Assembly (NCBI GenBank): GCA_030141605.1 | Contig: JAQGDQ010000331.1 | Span: 62,001 to 126,000, forward strand | Length of the DNA: 64,000 nucleotides | Reading direction: 5' to 3' | Origin: Tubiluchus corallicola | Taxonomy: Eukaryota > Animalia > Priapulida | In this document: positions 53,536-64,000 of the stretch, piece after piece | How the letters are laid out: each line of letters opens with the position of its first letter | Position numbering within the stretch: the first letter of the stretch is position 1 | Notes under the pieces: generated by a model | Databases searched by the model: none | The model's input: only the letters and a program-made list of their open reading frames with translations | What the model was told of the DNA's origin: nothing | Position numbers and translations under genes: made by a program

Positions 53536-55451
53536 AATTCTACTATGATCTCTTCAATTTAACCACTGGTAATACTCATGCACCCCTCTACAACTATTTG
53601 TTTTTTAATTTTACTACATTTAGTACTTGCTCCATTATGCAAATATTTTAGTTTATAAGATTTCATTTTAATGTGGTTTTTATGTATATAGTGAAGTACA
53701 TTTTAATGTTATTATATATCTTGTTTGTAATCAGTGTTTAATTGAGGGCAGTTTTTGACGTTTCACATAAATACGCAGATGTATAAGTTTTTACCGTTGA
53801 TATAAAATTTGTGCTATGTAATAGTTCCGAGCTTACTGAAATCTATATTATCAAGCAGTCATAGTCTCATGTATTATACCTTAATAAAACTGTAGTTGTA
53901 TCTGGTAATCAGATTAAATTATTGTTTTAGAGTTTTCGATATTAGGTGGCCTGTGATTGTAGAAGCACATATCACCATAGTCTTTCAATTGCACGTTTTT
54001 GTTGGTAGTAGTTTATAAAGAGTCGAAATGTGCAGAGTCGAAATCTAACATATTTTTTGCAAAGCTTTTTATTCTTATTATATATTTTCGTTTTTCTGGG
54101 TTTATGTTGCTTAATTAAAAGCACTAAACCCCACTGACCATTTATTGTGTAATACCTTATCTTATAATTTTTATTGTATTATATTTATGTGCAAATAATA
54201 TTTTGCATTTTTAACATATGATTATATTCTTGGGATTTAAGTAACACAATTTTAAAACACAGTTTTGTTCAAATCTTTCATTGTAAATTTCGGGTGGTTA
54301 TTGTCTGTATTAAGCGTGTACAAGATTAGTTCCAAACTGTACTAGACTGCATCTGCAAATCGATTAGCATTTCCTGAATTAGGGTTTACAAGTTCCCAAA
54401 GGGGTTTGTTGAACTCAGTTTTGTATGAAGATCATGTTATTTTACTTGACTGTAATGTAAAGTGCTTAAATTTTACCAGCTTTTATTAATGTATGTATTA
54501 CTTTGTAGATAAAGAAAGTACTCAGAGATATTTTTTCTACTTTTTACAGTTAGAAACCCACTTGATTTATTAAATCATACACAATGTATTTTGACAATAA
54601 GGAGGAAAATTTCCGCCTTTAAGCGTAAATATCCTTCTCGTGGCCATGATTAGTTGTTCTAATTTATTTAGTGTTACAGTGCTCGTTCATTCACGTGCGT
54701 GAATAGTCAATTAGTGATATTAGTACTATTTTCTAATTTTGCAATTCATTCACTTTTCACTGGTCGATGTTTTAAATAAATTCTAAATTATATTCACTAT
54801 AATTTACGTTACTTAGATGCTCTAGTCTAAATTCAGCTTATCTAACGATCATTGCATTTTTCTAACACTTGAAATAAACAGTTCATAATTTTCGCAAGTA
54901 CCAAGTTTATGCTATTGCACCATAATTAATTGAAGTAGTACATAATCATCTGTCAGACTTAATAAGCATCAATTAGCAGATTTGCAAGAACATTGCAACA
55001 AAATATTCTGTTTTTCGGAAATAAATCTCTCGAACATATCCAGATGAGCTACATAAGACAAATACCGCAGTTCTCATTATTGCGCGACTCTATGACAATA
55101 ATATGAACGCTATTTAAATATGAATGCTAATATATTTGTTGCGTATTTTTTACCCTGAACACGCTTGGGAAACCGTCTTGGGAACAGTCTTTTGCACGTA
55201 TTGCAACCTTCAATTATAATAACTGTTTTCCTTTCTGGTATATGTACATTTCAGTAAACTCTTTTCATTATCAAATGTTTACCAAAAACCGGCATATTAA
55301 CATTTTGCTCATTCTAGAACTTGTTTTCATTATGTCATCTTATTGAAGTGGCCACCATGTTTACGTGAACGTAACCTGTCTTTGCTGATCTGCAACTTTG
55401 CTGAAACTACAATTCGTAGAAATTTAATGACAGACTTTTGCACAGGCTAGT

Positions 55452-60359
<4,908 letters not shown>

Positions 60360-60990
60360 CTGAAACTACAGAAGAAAAAGCAGATCATCATTTTTAAATT
60401 CGTGCTACGATATGATCTATTTAAAGGCCTGGCTTTATAACTGCAAGACCAGATAGCTGTTTATCACAAGCCGTATTTGGTAGGTGTTAAGAAAGAGTAT
60501 TGGAATGGAAGGTCAACCAGCAATGATCACTGATTTTGATCTTTGAGTTTTAGCCAAAGGGTTTAGGCTTCCTTTACGTGCGGTTTGATAGATCCACTTG
60601 CACAAGTTGTGAACATATTATAGGTCCGTATGCAAAACCGTTGGCAAATGGGCATTAACGGAAAACTGACTGTCCATAATGCAATTAATATAACTGCTGC
60701 AATTACTTCACAGTGGCTTTTAACAATCATACTAAGGCATGTTAGCAGAGAAACCCAAGCGAGGTCGAATGTGATTTAAAGGTCACAAGATGCAAACTAC
60801 ATACAAGTATCAGCGCCCTAGTTACGCACTGAATTATTGGCAGATTTTATAAAGTAAAATGTAATAAAGTTTAATATCATGAATGCCGAACAACATTGTG
60901 TGCTGAGTTTAGTAACGTGCACAGCTCTTACAACTTCTTTATACACATTTTATTTATAAAGACTAGTTAATAATACTAGCAAAACCCGGC

Positions 60991-61137
<147 letters not shown>

Positions 61138-61738
61138 CCTCCCTTCCTCCCTCCCGTATGCGCCAGTTCAGTTTTTGTGTGTTTCGCCAGTTTATATAAT
61201 AATTATACAGATACATTTTGTGCGTTTGCTAGTTTGTCTTTGTTTTACATTTTTTTATGAAAAGAATCAGATTAACATGTTTAGGATTTTTCGACTTCCT
61301 AGTGGACGCATTCTAGTTTTATTATAGAAATTATTTGCATAAAAAGAACGAATGTGACATTCTTACATGTACCAGTTCTACTCTGCCATTTTTACCTGTG
61401 TCATTTTTGCCGACACAAAGCATTTATGACTAATTACAACGCAGTTTTTTACAATTGTTGACATCATGCTGCTCAAAGAATCTTTGCGATTGAAACAACA
61501 TTTAACCGTCGAGAAAGCAGCCATACGATGATATATAGAATAAAATTTTCGGACTGCCCAGTGGCCACGCTCTGTGGGGGCCTTTGCGGAGGCGTCGTCA
61601 AGATCTAGCGTGGACACTGGACACATACGTACGTACATGCCTTTTGCTCCATTATTAGTAGTTGCACCATCGGCAGATGTATTTGTAAAGTGTTAACAAG
61701 CTAAATTACATCCTCAAATTCTGTAATATTGGTCAATC

Positions 61739-63969
61739 ATGGGCGGCAGCAACATTCCAGAGTGTCTTGTTGTTTTTAACATTGACATGCAAATAAACAC
61801 ACTAATAAATAATATGGAATACTGCCTGGATATCTATGCACCGTATAAAAAAATTAAAATACATCAGCAGCAATTTAATGCAAAATCTGCTTGCCCTTGG
61901 GCGGATACAGAACTCGCAAGACTAAGACACAATAAAAATGAATTATATAGAACATATTTACATTTAAAAGGTAAAAGCAATTACAATAATTACAAAAAGG
62001 CACGAAATAAATTTAATAGCTACAACAGGAAACTCAAAAATAAATATTATATTAATAAATGCAATGATGCAACTACACCTAAGCAAAAATGGCGTTTAAT
62101 TAATGACGTACTTAACAGGTACAGAAACGATCAATTACAAATAAATAGTTTACGAGAAAATGACAGTATAATATCTGATCCAGTTGACATTGCTAACAAA
62201 TTAAATTCCACATTTATCAATCTCGGAAAATTTGACAACTTGCCACACCAACATACTGCAAATATACACAATATATACAAAAACAAATCAGTAATACAAT
62301 CCACTTTCTCATTTACTAGCGTCACAGAATACGACATCTTTAGAATATTAAACAGTTTAAATATAAATAAAGGAAGTGGACCCTCAGACATGCCAATAAA
62401 AATCTTAAAAGACTGTGCCAGCATCATTACTCCTCATCTAACATATATCACAAACCAAGTCTTAATGCGCTCAGAATTTCCAGCAGTGTGTAAACAAGCA
62501 AACATAACTCCAATACACAAGAAAGATGCTAAAGATGACGCTAAAAGCTACAGACCAATCTCAGTAGTGCACGTACTAGCCAACGTATTTGAAAGAGTTA
62601 TCTACAACCAAATAAACCATTACATTGAAAATAATAAGTTACTGTCAAATCATCAATTTGGTTTTAGAAAACTACATTCTACAATAGACGCGATAATTGA
62701 TGCCACTAAAAAGTGGCGTTACAACTTAAATAAAAATAAATATATAACAGCAGCATTTTTAGATCTAAGTAAAGCTTTTGACAGCCTCGATCACAATTTA
62801 CTACTAGACAACTTACGCCAACTAGGATTCGATTATACTTCTCTCAAACTAATTAATAATTACCTACACAATAGAAAACAAAGAGTCAAGCTGAACAAAC
62901 ACACTTTTTCAACATGGGACACACCACAGAGAGGCATCCCACAAGGTACGATATTAGGTCCATTACTCTTTTGTTTATACGTAAATAAAATTCATTTAGT
63001 TTTACATAATTCAGACTTAACACAATATGCCGATGATACAACACTCTATACAGCACAAGCAGACTTTCTAACATCAAAAAATAATCTAGAAAAAGACATA
63101 ACAAATATAAATGCAGCATTTAACTATTTTGGTTTAAAAATGAATGATGATAAGACAGAATTTATGGTAATATCACCCAAATCAAATGACATTACTTCTT
63201 CTAATGCAACACTAAAAGTAGGTGACTGTTCCATAGAACAAGCAAAAACTGTAAAATTTTTAGGCATTACAGTCGACAATAAACTCACTTGGGATGAACA
63301 GTTTCATCAAATACACAACAAGATGGCATTAAGCACGACATGCTTACGCCAAACCAGAGGCCATCTAACCAAGAAAACAAAAATTCTCATCTACAAAAGT
63401 CTAATATTACCACATTATCTATATGGTTGCACTTTACTTCAAAACGTTAAATATGAAAACTTTAGAAAACTAAATACAATGCAAAACTACGCACTTAGAT
63501 TAATTCATGGTTACTCTAACAAAACTGCTAAACAACATGCTGCTTCTTCAACAAGCTTAAGAACGTCTACAAAAATACCAATATTAGAAGCCTATCGAGA
63601 TTACAAAACACTGATATTTCTTTATAAATATATAAATAAACTGAGCATTCCATTTATAAACAATCCCTTGGCATTTATTCCTGATACCACTTTAAACACT
63701 AGAACATACAATTTAAAGCAAATTACAGTAAACAATAAATTTGGAAATAACTCTATATCAAAACAGGCCATACATTTATGGAACTTACTACACAGTGAAA
63801 TAAAACAAATAGAATCTCTCCACCACTTTAAAAAGAAATAAAAAGAATATCAATATAACAGGTTTCAACTTCCACATTGTGCATCTGATACTAATTACAC
63901 ACACTCCACTTTCATCTACCCCCGCCCCTGACTCCATATAACGATTAAAAATGAAAATTTAAAAAAAAA
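61739..63969 (+). mobile_element. 5'-truncated non-LTR retrotransposon (LINE, CR1/L2/Jockey-group-like) with an open reverse transcriptase frame (61739-63841)
   Basis: 700-aa ORF with RT motifs YRPIS, QFGFR, FLDLSKAFD, GIPQGTILGPLLF, QYADD, KTEFM, KFLGI. No endonuclease domain. Abrupt A/C-rich strand bias, short 3' UTR and an A-run at 63961-63969. The ATG probably lies in flanking DNA; no TSD found. Confidence 0.92.
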
Positions 63970-64000
63970 TTATGTAATGTAATACGTGTTATGTTAGTTT

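Noticed and set aside
60620-60730. Minus-strand hydrophobic ORF MIVKSHCEVIAAVILIALWTVSF as the SMPDL3 signal-peptide exon
   Set aside because: No phase-1 GT donor to join the acceptor at 60359; left unresolved.

Overview
AT-rich, intron-rich eukaryotic (invertebrate animal-type) DNA. The ORF track is mostly uninformative, so I rebuilt genes by hand from splice sites and reading phase. The window holds: (1) the 3' half of a + strand gene (1710-20140) and a complete 34-exon tandem paralog (22489-50693, ~1349 aa). Both encode PEP-utilising swivel-phosphohistidine phosphotransferases with the rifampicin phosphotransferase/PigC/YvkC domain order; the complete copy adds an N-terminal membrane anchor and a beta-rich domain. 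(2) A convergent - strand SMPDL3-type metallophosphoesterase (55452-60359, first exon not found). (3) A 5'-truncated LINE with an open RT frame, decayed TEs and microsatellites. Top finding: paralog 1 has three tandem homologous 88-nt exons (5176-5263, 6557-6644, 9256-9343). Only one at a time keeps the frame, so they look like a mutually exclusive cassette that swaps a segment of the putative acceptor-binding domain; paralog 2 has one such exon. Second finding: the SMPDL3-like gene lacks the metal-binding GHxH motif yet keeps an intact frame. All models are manual, with no transcript or database support.
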